From Oligoflexus sp. (lineage in GTDB: Bacteria > Bdellovibrionota_B > Oligoflexia > Oligoflexales > Oligoflexaceae): a stretch of 21,104 nucleotides of DNA. Positions 1 to 9,571 of the stretch are shown here, one piece after another (position 1 is the stretch's first letter; each line of letters begins with the position of its first letter). The translations under genes were made by a program, and so were the position numbers. Where the stretch lies: assembly GCA_041736305.1 (NCBI GenBank), contig JBGSTX010000324.1:1-21104 (forward strand), read 5' to 3'. Below the pieces are notes generated by a model. The model ran no database searches. It had not been told where the DNA came from and saw only the letters and a list, made by a program, of their open reading frames with translations.

Positions 1-2
1 GA

Positions 3-77
3 GGCGGCGGACGGGCGGTATGGGAGCAAGATGGAACTAAAGAGGTCTTCTCCTGCGCAATGTGGGAGACGCACTGA
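3..77 (+). CDS. Possible 3' end of a gene entering from the left edge (...GGGRAVWEQDGTKEVFSCAMWETH*)
   Basis: Frame is open from the window edge to TGA at 75-77 and the peptide looks protein-like. Too short to identify. Confidence 0.3.
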   Translation, partial: GGGRAVWEQDGTKEVFSCAMWETH

Positions 78-103
78 GACCTATGGCAGCCTAAGAAAAA
101 TCT

Positions 104-595
104 CTACGGTTTTGCTCCCAGGGAGAATAGCTGCAGTAAAACCTCAGTCAAGGTTTCGTTCCCTCTTACCTTGAAATACGAGGACTCGGCGGGGACCTCG
201 TTCGCGGTCGAAGCAAGCCCGAAGAATGCGCAAAAATCATCTGAAATAAGACAAAACGCTACTCTTATACGATCGTCGACTGTGAGTGATAATGGTTTCG
301 CGTCCTGCTCAGTAAACCCCCGCTTGACTAGCACGAGTTTGCGGTCTGTGACAGCTCCGATCATAATCGGCCTGATAGTAGCTCGTTCTTTCTTGCTTCC
401 ATGCTTGTAGAGCAGACTGATAAAGGTCTTCGTCTACATCGGCAGGCTCTACGTCTGGTTTATCTTCCCGCTTATCGTCAGCGTGACTTCTGATGGCCAG
501 TTGTGTCAGGTTGCACAAAATAGGCTGAGCCGATCAAAAACTGATCAGGGGAGAGGTAGCGGATAAATATCTAAGTAACTGAAATTTTTATTCAT
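104..595 (-). pseudogene. Possible fragmented hypothetical gene
   Basis: Overlapping minus-strand ORFs 309-518 and 104-364 lie in different frames, and there is an ATG at 595 with frame breaks near A5/T5 runs. No family recognised. Confidence 0.25.
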
Positions 596-678
596 GTTTA
601 CAGGCCTGCTTCTTGCTCCGGAGACGCTTGGCTGGACCCAAAGTTCAGCGACAACATCCTTTCAAGAAAGACCTAGGA

Positions 679-1986
679 ATGAATCGAACCTTCGCGTTGC
701 CATTGGTGCTGACACTACTCCTCGCTCATTGTGTGAAAAATCCAGATTCAAGCCAAATCGCATCTTCAGCTAGCAAGACCAAGCTAGACGTCAATGATGT
801 ATCTATCCTCTTTCCAATCACTGTGGAAAAGAAGCTGGTCCCTCTCCATGTAGCAGGAAATCTTGGACCTTTTCTTTCCGAAAAACGCTTTGAAGAGTTC
901 ATGAATGTTTCAGAATGGAACGTGAACTCTCGTAAGGCGGCGGACCTCTATAAGAGTTTGCGCGTCATCAGCCTGAGAGTCGATCCCTGTTTTCCTGATC
1001 TGATCAACGACAAGCCGGGATGCGTACCCCAAGTTCGACTGATCGTAATGCCAACCGAAGTTGAAACCTTTGACGGGGTGAAGGTCTCAGTTACCGACGC
1101 GACGCTTCACCTCTTGTACGATATCCCCAAGGATGATTGGCCTAAGCTGGTGCAGGACCTGCGGCAGCTCAAAGCCGATCAAAAAACTGATTTAACCAGT
1201 GGAGTTTCTCTCGGGATTCATCCGCATCTTGCGGCAGAGAGTAGCCAAGCCGAGGGGCCCTACCAGGATCGTCTCTTGAGCATCGTTCGCTCCTACGTCG
1301 GCGAGCAACGTCTAGCAAGGTTGGCGTTCATGCAGACGCCAACAAGTTTTAGTGGAACGAAGAGCATCTGGCAATTTGGTGCTGTCGATGTTCATCAAGG
1401 CGCCTTAGTTCGCACAAAGCCCCTGCCCCATATTGAAAAAGATCAGGACTTCGATTCCTTACTTCGTTTCCAGGTGACTCAAAGCTTCAAGGGTCCCTTC
1501 AATCCGTTTGGGCCTTTGGATTTTAGTCCCCATCCTGATGATATCGGTGACGATACTCGCAATGGGGTAATCAGTCCAAAACTCACGGCAAAGGATCAGG
1601 TGGCTTTTCTCGTTGACAGCCGCAATTGGGCTAAGAATTCCCAAAGCCCCGAAGTCATTGAAGCGTTCACTAAGCTCTTGCGCGTTGAAAATCCAGAGAT
1701 GAACGATATCAAAACCACGGACTGCGTGAGCTGCCACATTTCCACTCAGCTGAAGACGGTTTTGAAGAAGTACAAATTGAACGAGGAGGACAACCGCTTT
1801 CAAGCTGCACGCTATGCTCCTCCTGCCGGAGTTGCCTGGAACCGTGTGGAGACCCAGGGCAAGATTCCAGGCAAGGAACATTGGATGACTGTCAATTTTG
1901 GCTATTTCGTTGACTTGCCATCGATCAGCCAAAGGACCATCAATGAAAGCGCTAAAGTCGCAGCTGAACTGAATCAGCTGCCCTAA
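679..1986 (+). CDS. Hypothetical lipoprotein with a single C-terminal CxxCH (putative c-type haem-binding) motif
   Basis: ATG at 679 begins a signal peptide MNRTFALPLVLTLLLAH-C18, preferred over the track's TTG at 613. DCVSCH lies at 1720-1737. There is an additional Cys pair in DPCF...GCVPQVRL. Confidence 0.8.
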   Translation: MNRTFALPLVLTLLLAHCVKNPDSSQIASSASKTKLDVNDVSILFPITVEKKLVPLHVAGNLGPFLSEKRFEEFMNVSEWNVNSRKAADLYKSLRVISLRVDPCFPDLINDKPGCVPQVRLIVMPTEVETFDGVKVSVTDATLHLLYDIPKDDWPKLVQDLRQLKADQKTDLTSGVSLGIHPHLAAESSQAEGPYQDRLLSIVRSYVGEQRLARLAFMQTPTSFSGTKSIWQFGAVDVHQGALVRTKPLPHIEKDQDFDSLLRFQVTQSFKGPFNPFGPLDFSPHPDDIGDDTRNGVISPKLTAKDQVAFLVDSRNWAKNSQSPEVIEAFTKLLRVENPEMNDIKTTDCVSCHISTQLKTVLKKYKLNEEDNRFQAARYAPPAGVAWNRVETQGKIPGKEHWMTVNFGYFVDLPSISQRTINESAKVAAELNQLP

Positions 1987-1998
1987 GATTTTTCTTTT

Positions 1999-2028
1999 GG
2001 GCTAAGGCATTGAAGTGCAACTTAGCCC
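1999..2028. terminator. Stem-loop between convergent genes (possible terminator)
   Basis: GGGCTAAG (1999-2006) pairs with CTTAGCCC (2021-2028), with inner GCAT/GTGC pairing, 13 nt after the stop at 1986. No strong U-tract follows. Confidence 0.35.
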
Positions 2029-2101
2029 CATTTCGGTCTGCGGTAAGGATTTGGAAAACTTCTCTTTGCCCAACGGTCGAGGGCGAGAATTACGTGGCGT
2101 C

Positions 2102-4591
2102 TCATATATTTCGCTTTGCAAGTTCGCCTATGACTTTCAAAAGCTCAGGCGCATCGAGCGGTTTCGTCAAATGTCCGACAAAACCAGCCAACCTGGTCTT
2201 CTCGCGTTCTTCCGCCATGGCATGAGCTGTTAAAGCAATGACCGGTTTTTTGTAGGCGAGCCTATCAAGTTCATTCTTTGCTTGATACCCGTCGAGCTTT
2301 GGCATTTGAATATCCATAAGCACAAGATCGAACTCACCTGATATTGCTTTATTTATGCTTTCTTCGCCATCGTTAGCTGTCTCAACTTGCGCTCCGTTTT
2401 TGCTGAGGATACGGGCAGCTAAGAGTTGATTATCGAGCGAATCGTCAACTACTAAGATCCGTATTCCTTCGAGCGACATAGACCTACTATCTACTGCCGG
2501 CCTTTGTTTAGATCCCGTTTGGGCTTTCGGACTTGAAATTTGTGCCACGAAGCTGAACCTAAAGGTACATCCTTCGTTCGGCATACATTCAACAGCCAAA
2601 ATTTCGCCTGATAGAGCTTCTGCTAATCTTTGGGACAGGGCGAGTCCAAGTCCAGTCCCACCAAATTTTCTGGTCGTACTGTTGTCAGCCTGCGTGAAGG
2701 GCATAAAGAGTTTTTCTTTTTGCTCGGGAGTAAGGCCGATACCCGTATCCTTTACATCGATTATAATTTTCACACGAATGTCATCGAAATATTCTGCCCG
2801 TATGCTGACCCGGACACCGCCATGATCGGTGAATTTTACAGCGTTTCCGATCAGATTTACGAGAATCTGCCTAAGCCGCGTTGGATCCGAAGCGATCTGA
2901 AGAGGCACAGATTCTTCAATATTTAAAAGAAGGTAAATATCCTTTTCGCGGGTTTTATCTTTAAAAAGGTCAATGACCTCAGAAGCTAATTTGTACAGCG
3001 AAAATGGAATTTCTTCGACGATGAGTTTACCGGCTTCGACTTTCGCGAGATCTAGAATGTCGTCAATAATCCGGCTCAATGAGTTACCGTTTCGAACGAT
3101 GATATCAAGGTACTGATCTTTCTCAGATGCCTTGATCGAACCATCCTTGAGCAAATTACTAAAGCCAAGGATTGCCCCGAGCGGGGTGCGAATTTCATGA
3201 CTCATATTTGCGAGAAATGACGATTTGAGTTGATTGGCACGCTCAGCTTCATCTTTGGCGGCTTCCAATTCCACGCGGTGCTGAAGTTCCAATGAGACAT
3301 CGAGAGTAATTCCATCGAATCTCGTCGCCTGTCCGTTTGAATTATAATCGGTCCAACCAATCGCTCGAATTGACCTTATTTCTGCGGGGTTTAGAGGATT
3401 CGTTGTTCGATAGACGGTATCATAAGGCATTTTCGTATCGATTGATCTTTGAATGGCTAGCCTCGTCGGCTCCCGATCGTCGGGATGAATTCTCTCATAG
3501 AATATTTCGATGGTTACAACGGTATCAAGGGGAAGAAAGAAATGCCGTTTCACCTCATTGTTCCAAATCAGCACATCAAAAGGCAAATCGCAGTACCAAA
3601 CGCCTAGGTCAGTGGCCTGAGCCGAACGCTGAAATCGATAATTCAGTTCCTCAATTGCAGCTATAGCAAGTTTCTGCTCATGGATATCAAATACAGCCCC
3701 TGCATATCCAATATATTTTCCATCTGCGTCATACCTGGGATTTCCAGCGTCGATGGCCCAGCGGTATGCTCCAGATTTTGTTTTCAGTCGATACTCGGTA
3801 TAAAACGGTACTTTTTTCTCATTGGCATCGGTGAACGATTTTTCAGCTCGCTTTTTGTCATCAGGATGCGTCGCGTTGAGCCAACCAAAACCCAGAGATT
3901 CCGATTTTGTCTGGCCGGTGAATTCGTACCACTGCTTACTCAAGTAAGTGCAAGTACCATCTTTTTCCGTAATCCACAAAATCGCTGGTGACACGTCAAC
4001 GCTTTGCTCGAATTTCAATTTTTCATTTCTCGTCTTCAGTTCGCTCATACTTTCGAGGGTGTCTATCAAACTCAGTTCGCTTTCCCTCTGAGCATCTTCG
4101 GAATGGTTTCGGCCCGTCCTTTCTATGACTGTGCCGAATAATCCTGCCACCTTCCCCGTTTCATCGCGAAGGGGACTATAGGTAAACGTCGCATAAAAAA
4201 ACTCATCCTTTCCGTGGCGGCTTGTATGGAAAGGCAGGTCATCGATGGAGATAGACTCTCCTCTATCAACAGCGTCGACGACAGGTCCAACCGTATCCCA
4301 TACATCGGCCCAGACCTGATTAAATGGTTCACCAAAAGCCTTAGGATGTTTTTTTCCGAGAATGGGAACGTAGGAATCGTTATAGAGAAAGGTTCGCCCT
4401 TTACCCCAAGAAATGACCATCGGAAAGCGTGAATCGAGCATAATACTGACCGCAGTTCGAAGGCTCTGTGGCCAAGTTTCGGTAGGACCGAGTGGGTTAT
4501 TCACCCAATCTTTTTCTCGAAATAGCCTAAAAAGTTCACTTGGGCCTTCAAACATCCAACTAACGCTCATAGTAGACCACCATACCTTCAC
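2102..4591 (-). CDS. Cytoplasmic hybrid sensor histidine kinase (PAS x3 - HisKA - HATPase_c - REC)
   Basis: N-terminal DW..PLGP..WPQSLR PAS-like motif; PAS/PAC motifs (WYEFTG..GW..HPDD; YERIHPDDRE); H-box FLANMSHEIRTPL; N-box NLIGNAVKFT; G-boxes DTGIG and GGTGLGL; receiver VVDD...LMDIQMPKLDG...KP. Alternative start at 4570. Confidence 0.95.
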   Translation of the reverse strand: MKVWWSTMSVSWMFEGPSELFRLFREKDWVNNPLGPTETWPQSLRTAVSIMLDSRFPMVISWGKGRTFLYNDSYVPILGKKHPKAFGEPFNQVWADVWDTVGPVVDAVDRGESISIDDLPFHTSRHGKDEFFYATFTYSPLRDETGKVAGLFGTVIERTGRNHSEDAQRESELSLIDTLESMSELKTRNEKLKFEQSVDVSPAILWITEKDGTCTYLSKQWYEFTGQTKSESLGFGWLNATHPDDKKRAEKSFTDANEKKVPFYTEYRLKTKSGAYRWAIDAGNPRYDADGKYIGYAGAVFDIHEQKLAIAAIEELNYRFQRSAQATDLGVWYCDLPFDVLIWNNEVKRHFFLPLDTVVTIEIFYERIHPDDREPTRLAIQRSIDTKMPYDTVYRTTNPLNPAEIRSIRAIGWTDYNSNGQATRFDGITLDVSLELQHRVELEAAKDEAERANQLKSSFLANMSHEIRTPLGAILGFSNLLKDGSIKASEKDQYLDIIVRNGNSLSRIIDDILDLAKVEAGKLIVEEIPFSLYKLASEVIDLFKDKTREKDIYLLLNIEESVPLQIASDPTRLRQILVNLIGNAVKFTDHGGVRVSIRAEYFDDIRVKIIIDVKDTGIGLTPEQKEKLFMPFTQADNSTTRKFGGTGLGLALSQRLAEALSGEILAVECMPNEGCTFRFSFVAQISSPKAQTGSKQRPAVDSRSMSLEGIRILVVDDSLDNQLLAARILSKNGAQVETANDGEESINKAISGEFDLVLMDIQMPKLDGYQAKNELDRLAYKKPVIALTAHAMAEEREKTRLAGFVGHLTKPLDAPELLKVIGELAKRNI

Positions 4592-4845
4592 ATCATTGGC
4601 CCATTTTTATTAGCACTTCGGCACGGGTATCTCTACCGCGGCGAAAGCTATTCTTTCCCGTCACGCGTGAGGCATGTGGGGACAAACCTGGTCAAGGTCT
4701 CAGCCCTTGGGCCGAGCCTTTATGGCTCTCGGGAGTTCCCAGGTTGTGAATCAGCAAGGAGCGGTGCAAGGTTGGCAAAGACGAGTCTGCAGTCCCCAAG
4801 AAGCAACTTGCTTAGAAAGCCTTCCGTGGTGCCTCACGTGAACAA

Positions 4846-4872
4846 CTTTGAATTCAGCAGCTGAATTCTAAG
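4846..4872. promoter_or_regulatory. Near-perfect dyad, possible operator in divergent intergenic region
   Basis: GAATTCAGC-A-GCTGAATTC (4850-4868) is a perfect 9-1-9 palindrome and extends to 13-bp arms with one mismatch. Confidence 0.3.
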
Positions 4873-5355
4873 AAGCTGCTCAGTGGTTGGTCAACCCATC
4901 ATTTAACGTCGGATTAAAAACATCAATCAGAAGGCTTTCGAAGTTCGCAGCGAGCACTGCGGTGCATTGCCTGGTCCAGGTTAGTCAAAGCAATGCAGAA
5001 CAAGCTTTTAGCCATCAAACAACTCGGCATACCCCTAATTAAGCAGTATATAAGGTCGACCACACATCCATTATGGCACCCATCCTCGAAGCACCCCTTA
5101 TCGTGATGTGCTTGGAAGTTAAGCTTTCCATTCGGCTACCATCTCCACGGCCGCGTTGGCGAGAGCCAGCTGATTGCGACTTTGCAATACTTCCTGCTGT
5201 TTTGGGCTTTAGAGGTGGAGGGTTTGTAGTCCTAGGTTCTGCGGATGCACGGGAGAGTATTGTAAAGTAGCGGGTAAGTACAATACAATTTGTAAACATC
5301 TTTAAGTTAGAGTGCCACACCACCCAATCATCGACTCAAAAAAGGACCCACTTTC

Positions 5356-6174
5356 ATGAGCCTACTTGTTCGTTTGGCTCTCGTAACTACATTTCTATGG
5401 CTCCAACCCTTAAAGGCCAACGAGCAGAATCCAAAGACGCCAGACGATGAAACATGGGAGGTCTCATCTGAACTGATCCGTGAAGAGAAAATGGAGGATT
5501 CTAATTTTTACCGCTACAAGGACAACTATATACTGGCCGGAAAACCCAATGCCAAAGTTCAGCTTAGCCTCAAACTACGACCGATTCGTGGTGAAAGCCT
5601 CTATTTAGCTTATACTCAACAGATGTTTTGGAAGTTATCAAATAAATCAAAACCTTTCCAGGATATCAGCTTCAACCCCGAGGTTTTCTATAATTGGGTC
5701 AGACTCCACAAAAATTTAAGGTCGATTTTATTTGGGATCGAGCACAAATCTAACGGGAAGGATGGTCTGGAATCACGTTCCCTCGATCGACTCTTTATCG
5801 AACCCGGGGCGGAATTCGGCTGGATGGGTTATCAGTTTCGTTGGGATACACGTGCATTTTGGATCTATGACATCGACTGGCAAACCAACAATGAGATCAG
5901 GCAGTATACCGGATTCTGGTACACTCGCTTCTCCGTCGATGGACTGCTGGAACAACTAATTCCTACCAAGGGCGAGCTTTACATTCAGTTCAATCCCGGA
6001 GGCGAATCGGGAACCAAAATCCGTTATGGCTCTATGGAGTCGGGATTGAAGATTCGGGCCAGGCTCTTCGGCTCCTTGCCTTATCTTATGTTCCAATACT
6101 ACCATGGTTACATGGAATCCCTTTTAGATTACAACAAGGCGGCGCATTCCTATCGGATTGGCTTTCTGCTCTGA
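5356..6174 (+). CDS. pldA: Outer membrane phospholipase A (OMPLA)
   Basis: Signal peptide; AKVQLSLK, YLAYTQQMFW, SKPFQDISFNPEVF; catalytic signature GIEHKSNGKDGLESRSLDR (HxSNG...SRS); QYYHGYMESLLDYN; beta-barrel-type C-terminus. AAGGA RBS upstream. Confidence 0.92.
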   Translation: MSLLVRLALVTTFLWLQPLKANEQNPKTPDDETWEVSSELIREEKMEDSNFYRYKDNYILAGKPNAKVQLSLKLRPIRGESLYLAYTQQMFWKLSNKSKPFQDISFNPEVFYNWVRLHKNLRSILFGIEHKSNGKDGLESRSLDRLFIEPGAEFGWMGYQFRWDTRAFWIYDIDWQTNNEIRQYTGFWYTRFSVDGLLEQLIPTKGELYIQFNPGGESGTKIRYGSMESGLKIRARLFGSLPYLMFQYYHGYMESLLDYNKAAHSYRIGFLL

Positions 6175-6301
6175 TCTGCTGCTGAGCGCCGGACCTCATG
6201 CGCTGCTTGTCCTAATCTCAGCTAGAGCACACCATCGGGCCTGGACGAACTATTTCTCAGGCACGCTTAGATATTAGACTACCGATCCGAATTACATTTT
6301 G

Positions 6302-7633
6302 ATGGAGTCAAATATTAAAATCATAAAATTGATAATTTCAATCATCTCAGCTGCAGCCTGCTTGCTTTTGTGTCAGCAACTCATTTTCAATTCCATGGCA
6401 AACCAGCAAAATAAGCAGGATTTTGCGGAAATCCGACATATTAAGTATGGCCTATTCAGCATCAATGAATGGAAAAGGCAGCTGGCGGTTATCATCGCCG
6501 ACGAGATCACCAAGCTCAATTTGAGCCATTCGAATGAGCTTGAGCTTAAGAAGCACGTTGAATTGCAGCTAGATGGGCTCATTGACAATGTCGAAGCCGA
6601 AATAAGGAAGTCCAACAAAGGGACGGTATCAGGCTGGATGAAGCAGTCTGTAATAAATGCTGTGGTTGATATGAAAGATATCAAAGCAGGAATACCGAGC
6701 TATGCCGACGCCATCATCGCTCAAATGACCGAAGTGAAGACAGAGAAGATTTTGAAGGCGGCTATGGCGAAGCGGGTCAAGGAATACTTTGACAAAACCT
6801 TCGAAAAGCAGGATCTGACTCAGCTTGATCGCATTCTTGCTCGAACCGCAACTGCAGACATAGACACTGCTCGGATCAAGCTTGAGGATGACATTGAAAA
6901 GAATCAGGCACAAATATTCCGTTACACATGGCTCCTTATCGTCATCGCGGCACTACAGTTCTTCATCTGCGGTTTCGGCAAAAGAGTGCTGCCGCCACCC
7001 CAATATTTGCTCCTACTGCTTACGCTGGCCGCTCTTTTGGTAGCGGGAGTCGCAACACCGATGATCGACATGGAAGCGAAAATTTCGTCGTTGAAATTCA
7101 CCTTGTTGGACCACCTAATCAGTTTCGAAAATCAAGTGCTGTACTTTCAGACAAAGAGCATCCTCGATGTCTTTTGGATTATGATTACTCACGAAGAGCT
7201 GCAGATGAAGGTAGTTGGCATCTTGATGGTTCTATTTAGTGTTGTCTTTCCCATTCTCAAGATGCTCTCTTCACTTTTTTACTATTATAATTTTCACAGT
7301 GCGCGCGCGAATGCCTGGATCCAGTTTTTCGTCTTAAAGTCTGGAAAATGGTCTATGACGGACGTTCTGATTGTTGCTATATTTATGGCCTATTTCGGCT
7401 TCAACGGAATCATCACAAGCCAATTTGGAAATCTAAAGATGACCAGCCAGGAAGTCGTCATTTTGACCACCAATGGCACATCGTTACAACCTGGATTTTA
7501 CATGTTTTTGGCGTATACAATGCTGGGCTTATTTTTGTCGGGTTTCCTGACCAGAGTGTTGCCAGAGCCGTTGGCCCATCAGCGTAAGGATGCCAATACC
7601 GAGGCTGAGCCAGCGGGATTGATGACCGTGTGA
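6302..7633 (+). CDS. Membrane protein with C-terminal paraquat-inducible protein A (PqiA) domain
   Basis: N-terminal TM, a long helical soluble domain, then several TMs containing LFSVVFPILK and KSGKWSMTDVLIVAIF (PqiA KWSMxDV motif) and LQPGFYMF. Confidence 0.82.
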   Translation: MESNIKIIKLIISIISAAACLLLCQQLIFNSMANQQNKQDFAEIRHIKYGLFSINEWKRQLAVIIADEITKLNLSHSNELELKKHVELQLDGLIDNVEAEIRKSNKGTVSGWMKQSVINAVVDMKDIKAGIPSYADAIIAQMTEVKTEKILKAAMAKRVKEYFDKTFEKQDLTQLDRILARTATADIDTARIKLEDDIEKNQAQIFRYTWLLIVIAALQFFICGFGKRVLPPPQYLLLLLTLAALLVAGVATPMIDMEAKISSLKFTLLDHLISFENQVLYFQTKSILDVFWIMITHEELQMKVVGILMVLFSVVFPILKMLSSLFYYYNFHSARANAWIQFFVLKSGKWSMTDVLIVAIFMAYFGFNGIITSQFGNLKMTSQEVVILTTNGTSLQPGFYMFLAYTMLGLFLSGFLTRVLPEPLAHQRKDANTEAEPAGLMTV

Positions 7634-7716
7634 GCAAGTTCGCAGAGATAATATCTATCTGGCAGAAAAGCAGGGTATGCTCGCATACGATTCACGCAAA
7701 CTTGAGTTGTTTCCCA

Positions 7717-8706
7717 CTAAAACTGAGCCACTCGTTGAAAAAACCAAAAAGCTGCAGAAATACCAATTCCGTACTTTGTTCCGACTAGAACAAAGCGAGC
7801 GATCCGCTCTTGAACGCCGATCCGTTTTGCAAGTGTACGAAGAGCAAGTACTATAGCTATAAAAGTGAGCTGGCCGCTTTCAACACCAAGGTTAAAGGTG
7901 AGAAGAGCGAGTGGCACCTCCCCCTGCGGCAGGCCAAATTCAGACAAAGCGCTCGCAAACCCCGCTCCATGGAGGAGGCCAAATAAGAATGCAACTATCC
8001 AAGGACAACGCCGAACTAAGCTATCACCGTAACGCGCTTGGTGGCCTATTTCCCCAGCCAACAGCATGACACTCAATGCGATACAGGCTTCAACAGGTGG
8101 TTGGGCTAAGCGCAAAAATCCCAAGGTAGTCAGAGCTAGCGTGATTGAATGGGCTAGGGTAAATGCTGTGACCGTCTTTAAGAGTGCATAAGAGCTACTG
8201 ACCAATAGGATTAGCGCCAGTACAAATAAGAGATGGTCAAAGCCGAAGAGGATATGTTCATTCCCAAGGAGAAAATAAGTTTGAGCATATTTCCATCTGT
8301 TTGGCACTCCTTCTAAAACGATAGAAGGAGACGCCGGAGTCAGCCGAGACATCTCGATCTTACCTCCCAGGCGTTCCACCCGCAGAATCACATCCGTAAG
8401 AGTTGCTGAGAGTCCCGCTATTCTTAAGGTTTCACCGACGAAAGCCACAGGGTTTTTAACGGTCCAACGCTGAATAAACGCCTGATTTAAAAACTCCCCC
8501 CTCGGTTGACTCAGCAAGACGGTGTCTGGTGGAAACTCCACATCGAGAGAAAGGCGCAGGTCCTTACCTTGTCCTGGCACTTTCCAAAGGACATCAAAAG
8601 TCGTGGCATCAGTCTGTCGTAATTCAAGATAGGCCGGCCGAACTTCATGAGCATAAGAAAAGGTCGATAAAACGAACATGAGAGGCATCAAGCAAAAAAA
8701 ATTCAT
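7717..8706 (-). CDS. HupE/UreJ family membrane protein (HupE_UreJ_2 type)
   Basis: Signal peptide then AHEVRPAYLEL; HILFGFDHLLF, TAFTLAHSITL, FGLLHGAGFA and FNLGVESGQ motifs. ATGA overlap with the upstream gene. Confidence 0.92.
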   Translation of the reverse strand: MNFFCLMPLMFVLSTFSYAHEVRPAYLELRQTDATTFDVLWKVPGQGKDLRLSLDVEFPPDTVLLSQPRGEFLNQAFIQRWTVKNPVAFVGETLRIAGLSATLTDVILRVERLGGKIEMSRLTPASPSIVLEGVPNRWKYAQTYFLLGNEHILFGFDHLLFVLALILLVSSSYALLKTVTAFTLAHSITLALTTLGFLRLAQPPVEACIALSVMLLAGEIGHQARYGDSLVRRCPWIVAFLFGLLHGAGFASALSEFGLPQGEVPLALLTFNLGVESGQLTFIAIVLALRTLAKRIGVQERIARFVLVGTKYGIGISAAFWFFQRVAQF

Positions 8707-9566
8707 AGCTCAGCTTCTACTTTTACGGTGTAGCGACTCCGTAGAGACTTATAAAAATCTTCATTTGCTTGCCGTCTTTGGCGCTCTAACCATTCACTTC
8801 GAACTTCCGCCCTTACCTCAGCAAGGTCCGGAGCGTGCCCCTCGATCTTTTCCGAGACTCGGACCATATGAGTCCCAAACGGTGACTCGATAGGTCCTTG
8901 CCATTGATTGAGGGGCAGCTCTTCTAATGCAAGCAGAAAGCTAGGACCCCACTGTTTAGTTATCTCCGAGCTCGCTATTCTATCAAATCGGTTAGCGAGT
9001 AGAAATGGATCGCCAAGCATTCGTGAGTTTTCACTTTCTGGCTGCTCTACTCCTACCTCCTGTAGAGAAGCTTTTACTGTATCGACGACGACGGAGATCT
9101 TTTCACCATGCACTTCAGGATTGAGGTAAATATGTTCAAAACTCAGTCTGCTTTCTGCACGAAACCTAGCAGGCTCTGCCGTGAGCAAGGTGTTGAGATC
9201 AGCCTCGGAGGGCTCTGCCAGCCTAGCTATATCCTGCGACATAAATTCGAGCTTCTGATGCAGTCGTCTTCTAATTATGACGTCATCTTCGCCGAGACCG
9301 TAGGCCTTCGCTTCGCGCACGTAGACCTCCTCACGGATATAATCTTGTATTAAACCGCCCAATTCAGCGTCTGTAGGGGGGCGCTGCCAAGCGCGAGAAA
9401 AACCAGTCTTGAGCTGTTCGGTCTTCCCCAGACTGATTAGAATCACTTCAGGTGCTTCCGATCCAGTGCCTAGTGGACCTCGAGAATAAAATAGAAAAAT
9501 CAAGGCACCTATGACCGTAAAATGAAGGAGCGGCTCCTTCAGTAAGCGTAGCATTCGTGGGTGCAT
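8703..9566 (-). CDS. Parvulin-type peptidyl-prolyl cis-trans isomerase family protein
   Basis: LLKEPLLHF N-terminal anchor; IREEVYVREA..GL..DDVIIRRRL; SFEHIYL; WQGPIESPFGTHMV. ATG at 9566 just after the DUF3604 stop is preferred over the track's 9590. Confidence 0.88.
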   Translation of the reverse strand: MHPRMLRLLKEPLLHFTVIGALIFLFYSRGPLGTGSEAPEVILISLGKTEQLKTGFSRAWQRPPTDAELGGLIQDYIREEVYVREAKAYGLGEDDVIIRRRLHQKLEFMSQDIARLAEPSEADLNTLLTAEPARFRAESRLSFEHIYLNPEVHGEKISVVVDTVKASLQEVGVEQPESENSRMLGDPFLLANRFDRIASSEITKQWGPSFLLALEELPLNQWQGPIESPFGTHMVRVSEKIEGHAPDLAEVRAEVRSEWLERQRRQANEDFYKSLRSRYTVKVEAEL

Positions 9567-9571
9567 TTCAA

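Noticed and set aside
5039-5323. Intergenic ORFs 5039-5323 (-), 5073-5270 (+) and 4667-4864 (+)
   Set aside because: No clear RBS or family motif, and the composition is atypical for real proteins.
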